From Camelus ferus (Eukaryota), in the NCBI RefSeq assembly GCF_009834535.1, contig NC_045697.1, positions 46,316,001 to 46,380,000 on the forward strand: 64,000 nt of DNA. Direction: 5' to 3'. The translations under genes were made by a program, and so were the position numbers. This document shows positions 26,201 through 40,443 of this stretch, piece after piece (the stretch's first letter is position 1; each line of letters starts with the position of its first letter). The notes beneath the pieces are model-generated. The model was given only the letters and a program-made list of their open reading frames with translations. It made no database searches and had not been told where the DNA came from.

Positions 26201-28029
26201 GTGACGTCTGTCATTAATCTTAATTGCCAAGAGTTTTAAATCTGAGTTATTTTTACTGAAGTTAAGCTCTTAATACTGTTCGTGCTTTGACATCAGATGC
26301 TGTTTATATGATAAGAAGTTTAGGAAGGAGGAAAGAGGTGTGCTTGTGTGTGTGTATCTTACATAAATATTTTCATTTATATCTTTCAAAGATTTCCCTG
26401 GGTTAATATTCAGGCCTCCACCTTTTGACAGTTACTGTAGGGCAGTTAGGAATTACAGACAAGTCGCAATAAATCCAGATAAAATTCCTAGGTATAGCAA
26501 CAGCAGTAAATCTGAATAATATTACTTTCATGTTTACCAGCATACAAAATACTTCACTGAAGAGGAAATGCTAGATTATGGGCTAAAATAGAAGGAGAAT
26601 AGCTCAGGAGCAGAAAGGGGGAAAGAAGCAAATAAAAAGGAAAAAGAAATGAAGAATGGGGAAAAGATTATTCCTCTCAAAAACCTGCAGGCAATAGGAG
26701 AATTAAGTGTTAAGTAACTACAAAATATATGTTTTTCTGGTTTCATATTCCACTATTGAGTCCCTAATTATTTGGAATTAAACAAATTGAACTTTCAGAT
26801 GACTAAGCAGTCTTTACTTAAAGCTCTTTCCCCACCCCTCACCCCCACCTGCGCTATTGCTGTTCCACTCATGTTTGTCAGGTTAATCTCCCTTCACTAT
26901 TAAATCTATGTTACTATTCCACCATACTTTTCAATGTGGAATTGTAACTAACTGTATTAATTATGAGTATGTTGACTTTGGAGGCTATGGAAAAATGGGT
27001 AGCAATTCTTCTAGGGGAAATCTTCAAAAAGCAGATAAGGCTTAAAGCTTCAGAAATCTGATTTCAGAATTGTATTTCATATTCTCTATGCATTTGGACA
27101 CAATGAAAAGGTCTGCAATGAAAATATACAACACACTAAAATAATTTAATTTTTACATGTATATCTTACTTCTGATGATGGTGAACTGAATTCAGTAGCA
27201 AGTTATAGGCAGTGACTTGAATATTGTTGTCTACAAATTTAAAATCACAGATTTGGTTTTGAGCTATATTACATTTACTCTTTACAGCAGTGTTTTCTTC
27301 CTTTTATGATGAGCTTTAAATGTAAATAAGATAAAACATGAAAATGAAATAGTGTTTATTTATCAACCTACTTACTTTTGCACACAATGACTCCTGGAGA
27401 GGTAATGTAAAAATCTGTACGTATCAAGAGTTTAGATTTTAATTTATAGGCCTTGAAGAGTCAGTAAAGTTTTGGAGCTGGGCAGTAACATAATCAAATG
27501 GAATTAGAATTAGGCTCTTGAAAGGTTCTCAAATAAATTTGGGACAGGAGTGGTGTTTAGCCCTATATCAATGTTTTTATCTTTTATATAAGATCTTTCA
27601 TCATGAGTTGCAAAAAGAATCACATGAAAATTATGATGTAGAAGGTCTGATGGATTGTCAAGAGGTCAAGTGGTTTTGTGGATAAAATAACACTATTTTT
27701 TCCAACAGAAACCTCATCTTTTTTTTTAACACAACCTAGGTTCATTAGCTAGAAAAAGTCAAACCTTTTTTTCTGCTTTTTCAGAGGTCTAGGAGTCTTC
27801 CTTGCTTCTTAGGAATGTTTAGGTAGATAACTGAAGCTCATAGTGGCAATACAAATGGACTTGAATGCAGGTGTTTATGCATATGTGCATGCCTGCACGT
27901 GTGGGAGGGTGTTTTGTGTCTGATGGGGGGTGGCAGCAGGGCATTTTGGTTGTTGAGGGCTCTCATAACTTCAGGAAAGAGGGAACACTGTTCTCATGGG
28001 AAATATTTAGGACTCTTTCTGCTAGCAGT

Positions 28030-28210
28030 CACTGAGCACCTACTATGTATCAGGTATGTTTAGTTAGGTATGTTCAACTCAGTGTTAAGAGTTAGGCATC
28101 ATTTTCTTCCCATATTACAGATAAAGAATATGAGACTCAGAGAAATTTAGTGAATCTGCGAAGGTTACGTTGCTGAAAAATAACAGAGCCAAGTTTCAAA
28201 CCCAGTTTTT
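28030..28210 (-). mobile_element. MIR SINE
   Basis: CACTGAGCACCTACTATGTATCAGG...CCCATATTACAGATAAAGAATATGAGACTCAGAGAA...GAGCCAAGTTTCAAACCCAG. Confidence 0.75.
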
Positions 28211-28428
28211 CTTTATTTCCTGTTCAGTAAGTGCCCCCATTATGCCAAGCCATCCTTGTTCAGGGCAACACTTTATTCTTCTCCCTGTTCAGTCAATAAC
28301 TGACTAAATTAGGGCTTTTATACAGGTTGAGAAATACTTTTAAAATTTTCGATTTTGAATCTGATTCTCTTGGGGCTAAAATGATCAATTTTGTATCTAT
28401 GTCTGTATCGGTAAATTATTTTAGCATG

Positions 28429-28603
28429 TACAGTTGAAATTCAACCTGCGATTGGTCAAATCCACCAATGTGGAAACCGTGGGTAGAGCGGACCGATTGC
28501 TACGTCATTTTATATGAAGGACTTGAGTGTCGGTGGACTGTGGTATCCCCTAGGATCTTGGAACCAATCCTCTGTGGATACAGAGGGCAGAGGGATAACT
28601 GTA
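28429..28603 (-). mobile_element. Internally deleted MER2-like (TcMar-Tigger) element
   Basis: TA-CAGTTG start and ...GGACTTGAGTGTCGGTGGACTGTGGTATCC...GGAACCAATCCTCTGTGGATAC...ACTG-TA end; complementary to the copy at 43.3 kb. Confidence 0.7.
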
Positions 28604-30439
28604 TTCAGAATGCATGCATATTACCCTATTATTTGTATATATATATAATTTAAATAATTTAATTATGCTTGCATCTGTAAATAAAAGATAATATTTAGAA
28701 GTGGCAGTAAATTCCACAGAAAGTTGATAAGCTGTGAGGAATATGGAATTTTGGCATCATAAAAGACCTCAGAAGTTATGTAATTCAACCCCTTCTACTG
28801 AGACTTCCACCTCCACCTCAGTTCTGGGCTCCAAAACGAACAGCATGTTCAAAGGCTCAAAGAGGGATGAAATAGTTTGTATATTCCAGAAATTGCAAGT
28901 AGTTGCCTAGGCTGGAGCGAGAAACTGGAAGTTAGGGAGGTACATAATGGGAGGGGGACAGAATTACAGTGATTCCTAAAGCCCTTGGTGACGTGTTGGT
29001 GAGATCACTATATTCAAGTGTTAGAAGACATGGGATCTCTATTCTATGATTAGCTTGAAGCCCGGTGCAAATGTCCTCATTTCTCTGATCCTCAGTTCTA
29101 GCATTTGTATTTAGAGAAATAAATGATCACAAAGATATCTCAAATTTTTTATCTAATTCCAACCAAGCCAGCTCTATGAAGATGGGACTTTTTCTGTTAT
29201 GCTCAATAGGATACCAGGACCTTGTACATTGCCTCTCGGACAGTAGGCTTTAATAATCTTTGAGGAATGAAAGAATTTCTGTAGGTAGAATGTTTGGTCC
29301 ATTGTTTACAAGTATGTTTAAAGTAATTCATACTTTTTTAGTAATTAGACATGTCGTAACACCATCAATAATTAATAAATACATATAAGCATTTTACAAA
29401 TTATTATAAGAATTTAAAAATGGCTATATCTCTCAATATTCTGAATTGCACTAGAATAATTATAACAATGCTATGATTCTAGATCCATAATGAATATTTT
29501 GCTACTATTATGCTTTAAATAATTTGAAAATAACTGCACATGGAAGAAAGTAAAGAGAATACAGATTTAAGAAAGCAGTATATTTAAATATTATGCCAGT
29601 TTTCTGCCTTTGTATAATAAAACTTGTCTATTTATTGCTGCTTCTTTCAAAAAAAGAGGAAATATTAATGTGTGATACTGGATTATGTACATTGTCATTT
29701 TGATATTTTCCAATTTTCTGCCTTGTGTCACAACTGCAAATAATTTAAACACAGAGTTTCTTTTATTTAATACTGTTATAAGCAGTAAAGTACTAATGTG
29801 TTCCTGTCATTAAATATATATATATAGCTACATGGAACTGTTCTCCCATTGGGTCATTCTGAAATTGATTTTCCACCTTGGGCAAATAGTAGTGGACAAA
29901 TGTTAAATGAAAATCAATCACTTTGATTTAAATAAGCTAAATACATTCCTTTTATTAAGTGGTCTTTTTCCCTACAGCTAACTGGATGACAAATAACATT
30001 TGTGGTGACCTCTAGCCTTTAATGAATGATTTTAACTTAACTCTCTAAGGAAAATGGCTTGATCATAATTTTATTCTTATAATAGAATTATCCCACTCTT
30101 GATCAGTTAAAGTATTTTTAGATATTATTTATAAATATAAAAATTCTTAATTAATATTATTTTAACCACAAATTTTTAGACCATCCTTATTTCAAATGTA
30201 TATCATAAATATTTCATTATAAATACAGTGGATATAAGTAGCAACATGTTATTGGGAAGTACAAGGATCTAGCAAAACATGGAAGCACAGCAGTCTTTTT
30301 TTTTTTGATTGAATATTTATTAATTTTCTTTTACTTGTCAATGTGTTTAATCTGCATGGATTTTAGGCACTGATTTTTCAGTTCACTTTGGTAGAACTTA
30401 TATTTGGTCAAGAGATTGAAGTATGCATTTTATATCTTT

Positions 30440-31028
30440 ATTTATTTTAATTTTTTAAGATTGAAATGTAGTTGGTAGTTGTGTTAATTTCAGGTGTACA
30501 CCAAAGTGATTCAGTTATATATATGTGTGTGTGTGTATGTGTGCATATATATATATTTTTTTCCATTATAGGTTATTACAAGATATTGAATATAGTTCCC
30601 TGTACTATACAGTAGATCCTTGTCTGTTTTATATACAGTAGTGCATATATGTTAATTCCAAATACAAATTTATCCCCCCTTTTCCCTTTGGTAATCATAA
30701 GCTTATTTGCTGTATCTGTGAATCTATTTCTGCCTTGTAAATAAGTTCATTTGTATCATTTTTTTTTAGATTCCATATATAAGTGATATCATATAATATT
30801 CTTCTTTGTCTGAATTACTTCACTTAATATGATAATCTCCAGGTCCATTCATGTTGCTAAAAATGGCATTATTTCATTCTTTTTTATGGCTGAGTAATAT
30901 TCCATTATTTATATATACCACATCTTCTTTATCCAGTCATCTGTCCATGGACATTTAGGTTGTTTCCAAGTCTTGGCTTATTGTAAATAGTGCTGCTATG
31001 AATATTGGGTGCATGTTATCTTTTCAAA
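30440..31028 (-). mobile_element. LINE-1 3' end (ORF2 tail plus 3' UTR)
   Basis: Antisense L1 motifs TTAGATTCCATATATAAGTGATATC...GGACATTTAGGTTGTTTCC...GTAAATAGTGCTGCTATGAA. Confidence 0.9.
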
Positions 31029-31685
31029 TTCTCCAGGATAGATCACATGCTAGGCCACAAAGCAAGCCTCAGTAAATTTAAGAACATTGAAATCATGTTT
31101 AAGCATCTTTTCTGACCACAAAAACTATAGGATTAGAAATCAACTATAGGAAAAAAACTGCAAAATATACAAACACATGGAGTCTAAACAATATGCTACT
31201 AAACAATCAATGGATTCCTGAAGAAATCAAAGAAGAAATCAAAATACCTAGAGATAAATGAATATGAAAACACGACAATTCAAAACCTATGGAACACAGC
31301 AAAAGCAGTTCTAAGAGGGAAGTTTAGAGCAATACACGCTTGCCTCAGGCCACAAGAAAAATCTCTAATAATCAACCTAACCTTACACCTAAAGCAACTA
31401 GAGAAAAAAGAACAAACAAAACCCAAAGATTGTGGAGACAAAGAAATCATAAAGATTAGAGCAGAAATAAATGAAATGGAGACTGAAAAAAAAAAAAAAG
31501 CCCAATAGAAAAGATAAGTGAAATTAAAAGCTGGTTCTTTGAAAAGATAAACAAAATTGATAGTCTTTTACCCAGACTCATCAACAAAAAAAAAAAAGAG
31601 AGAGAAAAGGCCCAAGTCAATGAAACCTGAAATGAAAAAGGAGAAGTTACAACTGATGCCACAGAAATACGAAGGATCATAAGAC
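31029..31685 (+). mobile_element. LINE-1 ORF2 fragment (end of endonuclease to linker), inverted relative to the adjoining 3' piece
   Basis: TTCTCCAGGATAGATCACATGCTAGGCCACAAAGCAAGCCTC (FSRIDHMLGHKASL), AAAAGCTGGTTCTTTGAAAAGATAAAC (KSWFFEKIN). Confidence 0.9.
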
Positions 31686-31944
31686 AAAGAGCACTCTTAA
31701 ACTCCATTTTTACAAGAAAAGCTAAAAAATCAAGAAAGACCCCAATGTAACATGTACCTTAGATAATTACATTGATATTACGATAGTGTAGGATCCAAAA
31801 CTGTGAGCGACAATATGGAAAGTCAAAACTTGAAGAAGATACTTAACTAAGAAATTGAGCATAGTTCTAAGGAAGTCAACATACATTACCATCATTATTA
31901 ATATTTTCATCAATAATAAAAACCAGCATAATCTCCAGAGCAAC

Positions 31945-32100
31945 AGCTGTGTGCCAGGCACTATGCTAGTGACCTTACATGAGTTATTGTAATTCTCAAA
32001 ACAACTCACTTTCCTTATCCCCATTTTATGGGTAAGGTGGCTGAGGATCAGAAAGGCTAAATAATGCCAATGTCACACACATAGGTGGTGAGTGAGTGGT
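31945..32100 (-). mobile_element. MIR SINE
   Basis: CTGTGTGCCAGGCACTATGCTAG...ATCCCCATTTTATGGGTAAGGTGGCTGAGGATCAGAAAGG. Confidence 0.7.
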
Positions 32101-35100
32101 GTTAAGTTCTTTTGAACTTTAAATAAGTTAAAGGAAAATGTAGTATACCATTTAAATTCTGCTTTACATTTTAAAATTAATTGACCAATTATATAGAAAA
32201 TGCACTACTGTTCAGAATTCAGTGTTTTAGTTGCAATTTTTAGCCCCCTGGAATGAATTGAGAAAATTATAACAATGAAATTAAATTGCAAAGTCCAACT
32301 TAGAAATGGGAATTTCTAGTCAGCTATTATGTAACATAGGAATTACTAGTGACTATTTAAATATAAAATAAATAAAATGTAAATGTTAAGTATTTTAATA
32401 ACTTTTTTTGTAAATACTAGAGTCAGAAAATTATCTGTGGATTTTTGAGGGGCACCTACAGATATTGTACAAGGGCCAAGGCTTAGTAACAATTATAAAC
32501 ATGTATTTTCCTTTAAAAAAGGAATAAAATATAATTAGTGGTAGAAAATGTATCAACAAGTTACTCTTAATATAAAACTTTTCAAATTGATTGTTACTTC
32601 TAATCTCTAAAATCAAACTAAAAAGATTTCCATCCAGAGGCTAAGATTATGACACAATTCCAAATTATATTTTCCAAATGTGCTTCATATCAAAATTCAT
32701 ATATACTATAGAAAGGCCATAAAATTTAGTTTAGCATACTGTTGGCAGATCATATAATTTATTGTTTAGAATCCCTCTTAAAATCTAGTTCTCAGAATAT
32801 TTCATCTTCATTTTCGACTTCAGTTAAATTTGAATTGAATTTACTGTTTATTCCTTATTTATTCTCTCTTGCTTGAGCTCTCATTTTGATCTATGGAGTA
32901 ACTGATTCCACTTGTCAAATTTATCCTTTGATCTATCTGCAAATAGTGTGCCAAAATCATCCTTTAAAAAGCCCACTGAAATGGTTTTTAAAGTGTCTTC
33001 TCGGGTACATTAGTGAACACTGAGGCAAACAGGCTGCCAGACATTACTTTTAAAACTAATCCCCAGCTTGCAGCAGTGAACATCTGCAGGTTGATGGCCT
33101 ACAGTGTAAGTGGTCCTCACGTTCCTTCCACTTCACATGGGGAGGCCAGGGTTTCTCGTAACAAAGCTGTTTTTGATCCTTTTTTTGGTGAATTATCTTG
33201 AGAAACTTTCATGTCATGGCACACTAACATTATCATTATTACTGTTGTTGGTGTTGTTATTTTGCTGAGAAAATACCTTTTTACCAAATTGTAAGAAATC
33301 ATGTCTCTCTTATTTCCAAGGTATCATTCTGTGTACTCCCTCTCATATACAAATACTAATATCAAAATTAATAGTAATGATAAGACAGTTTATGTAACTG
33401 AAGGTGTAAGAACAATGTCTATATAAACTGTTTTAAAGCTCAAGTTATTACATTTATAGTAAACAGTTCTAATCCTTTGTAAACCACTTACTGCTTTGTT
33501 TCTGAAGTTTTTTTAGGAATAAGAAATGGGGAAAAACAAATAATTAATGGCATTAATGAAATTATAACATATGGTCTATAAGATTGCAGGTGAATATCTC
33601 TTTGAATTTAAAAATTATTAATACTAGAATTTTTCTTTTTGGTGTGTTGGAAAACATGCATTTAAATACATTCCTGGCTTTTGTTTTTTCTAAAATTTTG
33701 GTTGAAATGTTTTTCAGTAAAATTGCACTGAGAGGAAGATAAACCATAATCTTGTCAATAGGCTCTTTTATCTAAAGAAAAACACTTAAAAAATTTAATG
33801 ATGACCAGATAGTCTCTACCTTCTAGAAACTTATGATTTGGGGCAGGGGATAAAGTAATGCCTTAAAAATTATAACTCAAAGCAGAGCAAACAAAATTCA
33901 GTTAAAAACAAAAACAAAAAATAAAGCCAGTGGATGGATCCTAATTTCTAATACAATTTTTCTACCATTGTATGGCCTTGAAATCTATGATAGTGCTGCT
34001 TTTGATAAATACTGTATTTTGAAGAATTAATATAATCATTTTGCTTTATATTAATTCTTGGTAATATATACACAAAAATATTACAGATAATCTAGACTAT
34101 ATACTAATACTGCAAAGAATGGTATATGATATATATAAATGCATGTGTGTGTATATATATATATCCACAATTATAATTCCACATGAGACAATTGGTAGTT
34201 CAAAAAAAAATGAGCTAGGATTAGGATGGGAGAGCTATAAAATAAAAATCATTTTTTCTCGTGCATCCAGTATTTTAAGCAGTCTTAGAGACCCCAAATT
34301 TAGAACATAGTCTTCAATAAATGTATAATCTATTCAAAGGACCAAGAATATATATATAGAAAATAAAATAATGAAATATTTGAATACCAGTTCAAGGCAG
34401 TAACAAGAGGTGTGTAGTGGAAGTGTTGCCTAATTAATTTCCAAATGAATGGTCTAGATATTAATTGCTGTGTGTGTTATCTGGGAAGAGCACATCAGAT
34501 GGGGAGGTGAGATGACAGTTTACACAGGAAGAAAGATTTGAATTAACCTTGCAGGATTTGTACAGGTAGAAAATGCAGAAGAGCTAACATTTGCTCCGGG
34601 ACAGTGGCTCAGCTATTTACTTCCAAGCTATATGTTGGAAAATAATAGGGAATAAATCTACATCATAGCCATTTCTGAAGTGTCTCATATATTAGAGGCT
34701 GAGGATCCGTTTCCTCCTACTTTAACATTGGATATTGTCTTTCTTATGGATCAAAACTAGTATCTGTTTTAATGTTTTTTAAACAAGAATTAGCATCCTA
34801 ACCTCTCCTTGGCATATATTCTTATTTTCCAATTCTTTGCCATTTTTGATAATATGAAATATGCAAAAACTGAAGTACTCTTTGAATAATCTGCAATGGA
34901 GGGTGGACCAGCAGAGGGAGAGAGGGAAAGAGGGAGGAGAAAGAAGAAATATTAGCTTTGGTTTGTAAAATTCTGAAGCTGTTAACTTGCTGCAGCTATT
35001 TTCAGCAGCTTAATTCCTTCAAGAGATGTAGATGTGTAGCTAAAGGAGATGTGGCCTTTTTCGTCTAAAGCAGCGGGAGTTTCATAAATCAGCAAGAGAG

Positions 35101-36544
35101 TAACGGGGAAATGAGAGAAAGAGTGTGAATGAAGATGATGATAAAGGAATTTTTGGCTGTTTTCTACAACTGTTTCTTAGATTGATGATCCAAAAGAAAG
35201 TCTTAGGATGACTGTTTATTTAAAAAGAATATGAACAGATACTGAATAAAATAAAGAATATTTAGTGGCAAATTTTGAAGAATGAAAGTTTTCTATTAGT
35301 TTTATAAACTGAGTTGCAATCGTGCATATTCAAAGAGGACAGCACTGATATGATAGCTGTTCTAGTCCTTTCCTGATCATAAAATTTTGAATATGGTCAT
35401 CAGTTGTGTTTCTTATTTTCTAAATATCAGACCATAATTCATGAGTTGTAGTATTTACAAATTGATGTATTTTCAGTGAAACTTTGTAGGAATGATACAT
35501 GTTCACTAACAGAAAGTGGTTTAGTCTGGACTTGGCCAATTTGTCCAGTGACTGAGGAGATAACTAAAATTTATCCCATACCTTCTATGTGCCAGCTATG
35601 TTACATTCATTTTCTTACTGTAGTCCTCATAAAAAGTAGGTTCTCCTTTATGTGTATAGGACGTTAACAAAGGTTAAACAGCAGGCAGGTGGTAAAGTTT
35701 GAACTCGGAGTTTGATGATATCAGATCTTTAATTTACATTACATGGGGAGTTAGTGACTTGTAAAGATATAATCTACCAAGAAGTAAACTCTTGGGGCAT
35801 TGAGGACACTGCGATTTTATGTGCATGTTTCTGTGTATATTATTACTTGTATTTTTTAACCTTCTGTATTGGCTTGCACTTTCCCAGGAAGGACCTCTGC
35901 AGAGATAGGTATTATGCCAGTATGGTCACCCACCTGGGACGGTGACAGCTGCTGCAGCTGAATCCAGCCCTTGTCATCATTAATGACCTGCATTTGACAC
36001 TTTATCCCAGTCATCTTTGTTTAGTGTACAATATATTGCATTAGAATAATTACTACCTGTCATCCTCTATTTAACAGACAGCTCTTAGTCATCCCAGACA
36101 TGTAAGCATCACGTGATCATGTACCACACCCATTGTAGCTCCTCTGTTCTCATCCCGTTTGTGAGTGCCAAGTGTGCAAGTGTCCTCTGTCTTCCTGTTT
36201 TTCTCATGATGTTCAAATACCTTTTATACCTAAATTGAAACATTTTCATTCTGTGACTCATATTAAAAGGATTTATATCCCTAGTTTTCAAATATTAGCC
36301 AGATGTTTATTAAGGGATAATATTTTCTGAACATAAAGTATGGTCAATGGATTTAGAGTCTCTATTCATCCTGCTAAAAATACTGGAGAGCTAGAGTAGA
36401 AGTCATAGAAAGAAATAGTACTGCTGACTCAAAGAAAGGATGATGACCAAATCCAAAGGGTTTAAATCATGTACAGAAGGTATTTTAATACCTATATTAA
36501 AAACTTTGTTTTAATTTAAAGATCTGAGTTACATCCAAGGACAG

Positions 36545-36671
36545 TTTCTTTCCTTCCTTCCTTCCTTCCTTCCTTCCTTCTTTCCTTCCTTCCTTCCTTC
36601 CTTCCTTCCTTCCTTCCTTCCTTCCTTCCTTCCTTCCTTCTTTCCTTCCTTCTTTCTTTCCTTCCTTTCTT
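36545..36671. repeat. (TTCC)n/(GGAA)n tetranucleotide microsatellite, ~30 units
   Basis: Direct reading; a few TTCT interruptions. Confidence 0.95.
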
Positions 36672-38227
36672 GCATGTAGTTTGAGGGAGACTCAGGGGAT
36701 TCACTGAATACTGAAATGGAAAGGACCTCCATCATGATTTTAAGTCATCATATTATTATATTTATTTGAATGGGTTTAGAAATGCCTTTGTCCCGGAGAT
36801 TGAAAACTGTGACCTTTTTAGACTTGTATGATCTTTGTTTTGCTTAAGAGCCTACTCATAGGCATCTGTTTTGGTTTATTTTACTTCAGAGAGTTAATCT
36901 GAATTTCTGTGTATCTTAATTTGACACTTTAAGAAAACAAAATGTCATGCCTGAAATTTGGAATAACATATGCCCTGTATTCATTATGTGATTTACCCTA
37001 GCTTTATTGTCAGAAGACCAGGTTCAAATATCAGCTTTTGCATTTACCAGCTGATTGGCCTTGAGCTAGTTTTATAGCCTCTCTGAAACTTTTTTTTGAC
37101 AGAATTTTTCAACTGAGGCTTTTTATCTGAATCAGAGAACAGAGAAAACAATTTAAGGGATTGTTTTCTCATTCTCCCAAGGCTTCTGCACAACTAATAC
37201 AGACTTGGCTGAGAAGTCAGCTTATCATATACAAGAGATGGTTCCAAAGGTCTTAATGCACTTGTGGCACCCTGGTTGAGAAAGGCTAATGAGGATAAAA
37301 GAAATTTCCACTTCACAAAATTTTGCCACTATGTTTCTCATTAATTGAGAAAAAGCTTTGGTTTTGTAAGCTAGAGGTGAATGCAGTCAACTAGCAATTT
37401 ATTTTCTTTAGTTCCCAGATTATCACTTAATGAAAATGAGATTTCTCTGAAGCTAAAATGAATTCCTCAAATGTATACCTTCTGGATAAAGTATAACTTC
37501 ATGGCAACAATGAGTAGAAAGGACAGAACAGAAATATGTTTTCAGATGGGCTTATTCAAATCTCTGTTTGTGGTATTAAGTTTATGTGTATGTTATGTTA
37601 AGTTTGGAAAGCAACCTTTTTTTAGAGTTTTGTAACATTTACTGACAAGATACTTAACAGCAGATGATAATTACTGTGCATGCCTATACATTTTTGCAAT
37701 AAGTTGTATCGTCACTCAAAAGTGACCTTGTGAGGTGAAGGGGAAGTCAAGAGAGACATACAGTGTCTCTTGAGAGCAAGTGGAATGATGCGTATCAGGA
37801 GAAGACACTAAAGATTTATTGTCTGTGGCAAAGGAAACACGGATCTCTGCTTGTGCAATAAGTGTTTTTGACATCGCCCACAGTAAAAGGTGACTGGAAG
37901 CTGTAGGTGAGAAAATATTCTGCTGGAGAAAAATAAGAAACATTTTTATGTTGTTGTTTGTATTATGAGCTTGCCTTGCTATTTAGTTTTTGTAGCACTT
38001 AAAAGATGAGGAATGGTCATGTGCCAAGCCAATCGTAGTTGTAAATAGAACCTTGCTACCCACATAATCAGATTTACCTAATTGAACCAACATGCAAGGC
38101 AGATTTAGTTATGAGAGGAGGTAGCAATGTAAAACGGCATAATTATTATTTTTCTTCCAATTTCATACTTTGCTTATGAACGCTTTCTTTCCTGTTTACA
38201 TATGCTAGTTTAAAATAAGACAAATGT

Positions 38228-39518
38228 GGACATCCACATAGAAAAGAATGAAATTAGAACATTCTCTAATACTATATACAAAAATAAACTCAAAATGGAT
38301 TAAAGACCTAAATGTAAGACCAGAAACCAAAAAACTAGAGGAAAACATAGGCAGAACACTCTTTGACATAAGTTGTAGCAATATATTGGGGGATCTGTTT
38401 CCTAAAGCAAAGGAAGTAAAACCAAAAATGGACCTAATTATACTAAAAAGCTTTTGCACAGCAAAGGATGCCATCAACAAAATGAAAGACAACTTACTGA
38501 ATGGGAAAAAATATTTGCAAATGATATGACCAATAAGGGGTTAATATCCAACATATATAAACAACTCATACAGCTCAACATCAAAAAAATGAAACAACCC
38601 AATTAAAAAACGGGCAGAAGAACTGAATAGACATTTTTCCAAAGAGGGAATGCGGATTGCCAACAAACACATGAAAAGATGTTCAGTGTCGCTAATCATC
38701 AGGGAAATGCAAATCAAAACCACAATGAGATATCAGTTTACACCTGTCAGAATGGCTATCATCAAAAAGAACAAAAATAACAAATGTTGGCGAGGATGTA
38801 GAGAAAAGGGAACGCTCCTACACGGTGGGAATGTAAATTGGTGTAGCTACTGTGGAAAACAGTATGGAGGCTTCCCAAAATAATAAAACAGAACTACCAT
38901 ATGACCCAGTGATTCCACTCCTAGGTGTGTATTTGAAATAACCAAAAACTAATTTGAAAAGATACATGCACCCCAATGTTCATAGCAGCATTATTTACAA
39001 ATGTCAAGATATGGAAGCAACCAAAGTGTCCATCAACAGATGAATGGATAAAGAAGGTGTGGTATAGATACATACCAAAGGAATATTATTCAGCCATAAA
39101 AAGAACTATATTTTGTCATTTAAAGCAACATGGTTAGACTTGGAGGGTATTATGCCTAGTGAAATAAGTCAGACAGAGAAAAGCAAATCTTGTATGATAT
39201 TACTTATATGTGGAATCTAAAAACTACAACAAACTAGTAAATATAACAAAAAAGAAGCAGACTCACAGATATAGAGAACAAGCCAGTGGTTACCAGTGGG
39301 GAGAGGGAAGAAGCAATATAAAAGTAGTGAATTAAGAGATACAAACTATTACATATAAAATAAGCTACAAGGATATATTGTACAAGATGGGGAATATAAC
39401 CAATATTTTATAACTATAAGTGGAATATAGTCTTTAAAAATTGTGAATCACTATATTGTACATTTGTAACTTACATAATATTGTACATCAACTAGGCATC
39501 AATAAAAATTTTTAAATG
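38228..39518 (+). mobile_element. 5'-truncated LINE-1 (ORF2 C-terminus plus 3' UTR) with 15-bp TSD
   Basis: ORFs 38248 and 38650 give L1 ORF2 peptides ([38 protein letters not shown]); TSD AAATAAGACAAATGT at 38213-38227 and 39519-39533. Confidence 0.95.
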
Positions 39519-39916
39519 AAATAAGACAAATGTATAACCCATTTAGCTTGAAATTTGGAAAAAAGAGAATAGTTCTAATGGGAAGAACTGCTTTACTTAG
39601 ACCATTACCTGGCATAGAGCAAATGCTCAATAAATGTCAACAAATATTTTCACCATTAATAACAATATATAAGAAATCAGTACATTTCTTCTAATAAAAT
39701 AATACAGTATGGATGATGGTTGGCTTAAAAATCTGGAACTTGAAATCATAATGGAAATTTTGAGGAATACAGTTATTCCATATGTAGGTAAATTCCTGCT
39801 ATATAAAGACACTTGGGGTATATTCTTAAAAAATGGATTTCCATATTGGACTTTTGTACATATTACTTAATGTACTAAGTTGTCTTCTCATTGGAAAGAA
39901 ATTTGCACCTCTCTAC

Positions 39917-40003
39917 TATTTTTTTTTTAATTGAGGTATAGTCAATTTACAATGTTGTGTTAATTTCTGGAGTATAGCATAGAGATTCAATTATATACAT
40001 ATA

Positions 40004-40053
<50 letters not shown>

Positions 40054-40443
40054 TATTCCTTTCATATTGTTTTCATTATAGGCCATTACAAGGTACTGAA
40101 TATAGTTCGCTGTGCTATACAGTAGGATCTTGCTGTTTATCTATTTTAATACATAGTACTTAGTATCTGCAAATCCCAAACTCCCAGTTTATCCCTTCAC
40201 CCATTCTCCCTCCCTTGCTTGGTAACCGTAAGTTTGTTTTCTGTGTCTATCAGTCTGTCTCTGTTTTATAAATAAGTTCATTTGTGTCTTTTTCTCTTTT
40301 TTTAGATTCCACATATAAGTGATATCATATGGTAGTTTTCTTTCTATTTCTGACTTACTTCACTTAGCATGACTGTCTCCAGTTCCATCCACATTGCTGC
40401 AAATGGCATTATTTTATTCTTTTTTATGGTTGAGTAGTATTCC
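39917..40443 (-). mobile_element. Truncated LINE-1 3' end containing (AT)20
   Basis: Poly-T then antisense L1 UTR; TSD ATTTGCACCTCTCTAC (39901-39916) / ATTTCCACCTGTCTAC (40444-40459), 2 mismatches. Confidence 0.9.
40011..40050. repeat. (AT)20 microsatellite within L1 3' UTR
   Basis: Direct reading. Confidence 0.95.

Noticed and set aside
36516..36735. Lys/Arg/Glu-rich ORFs
   Set aside because: Translations of the (GGAA)n microsatellite
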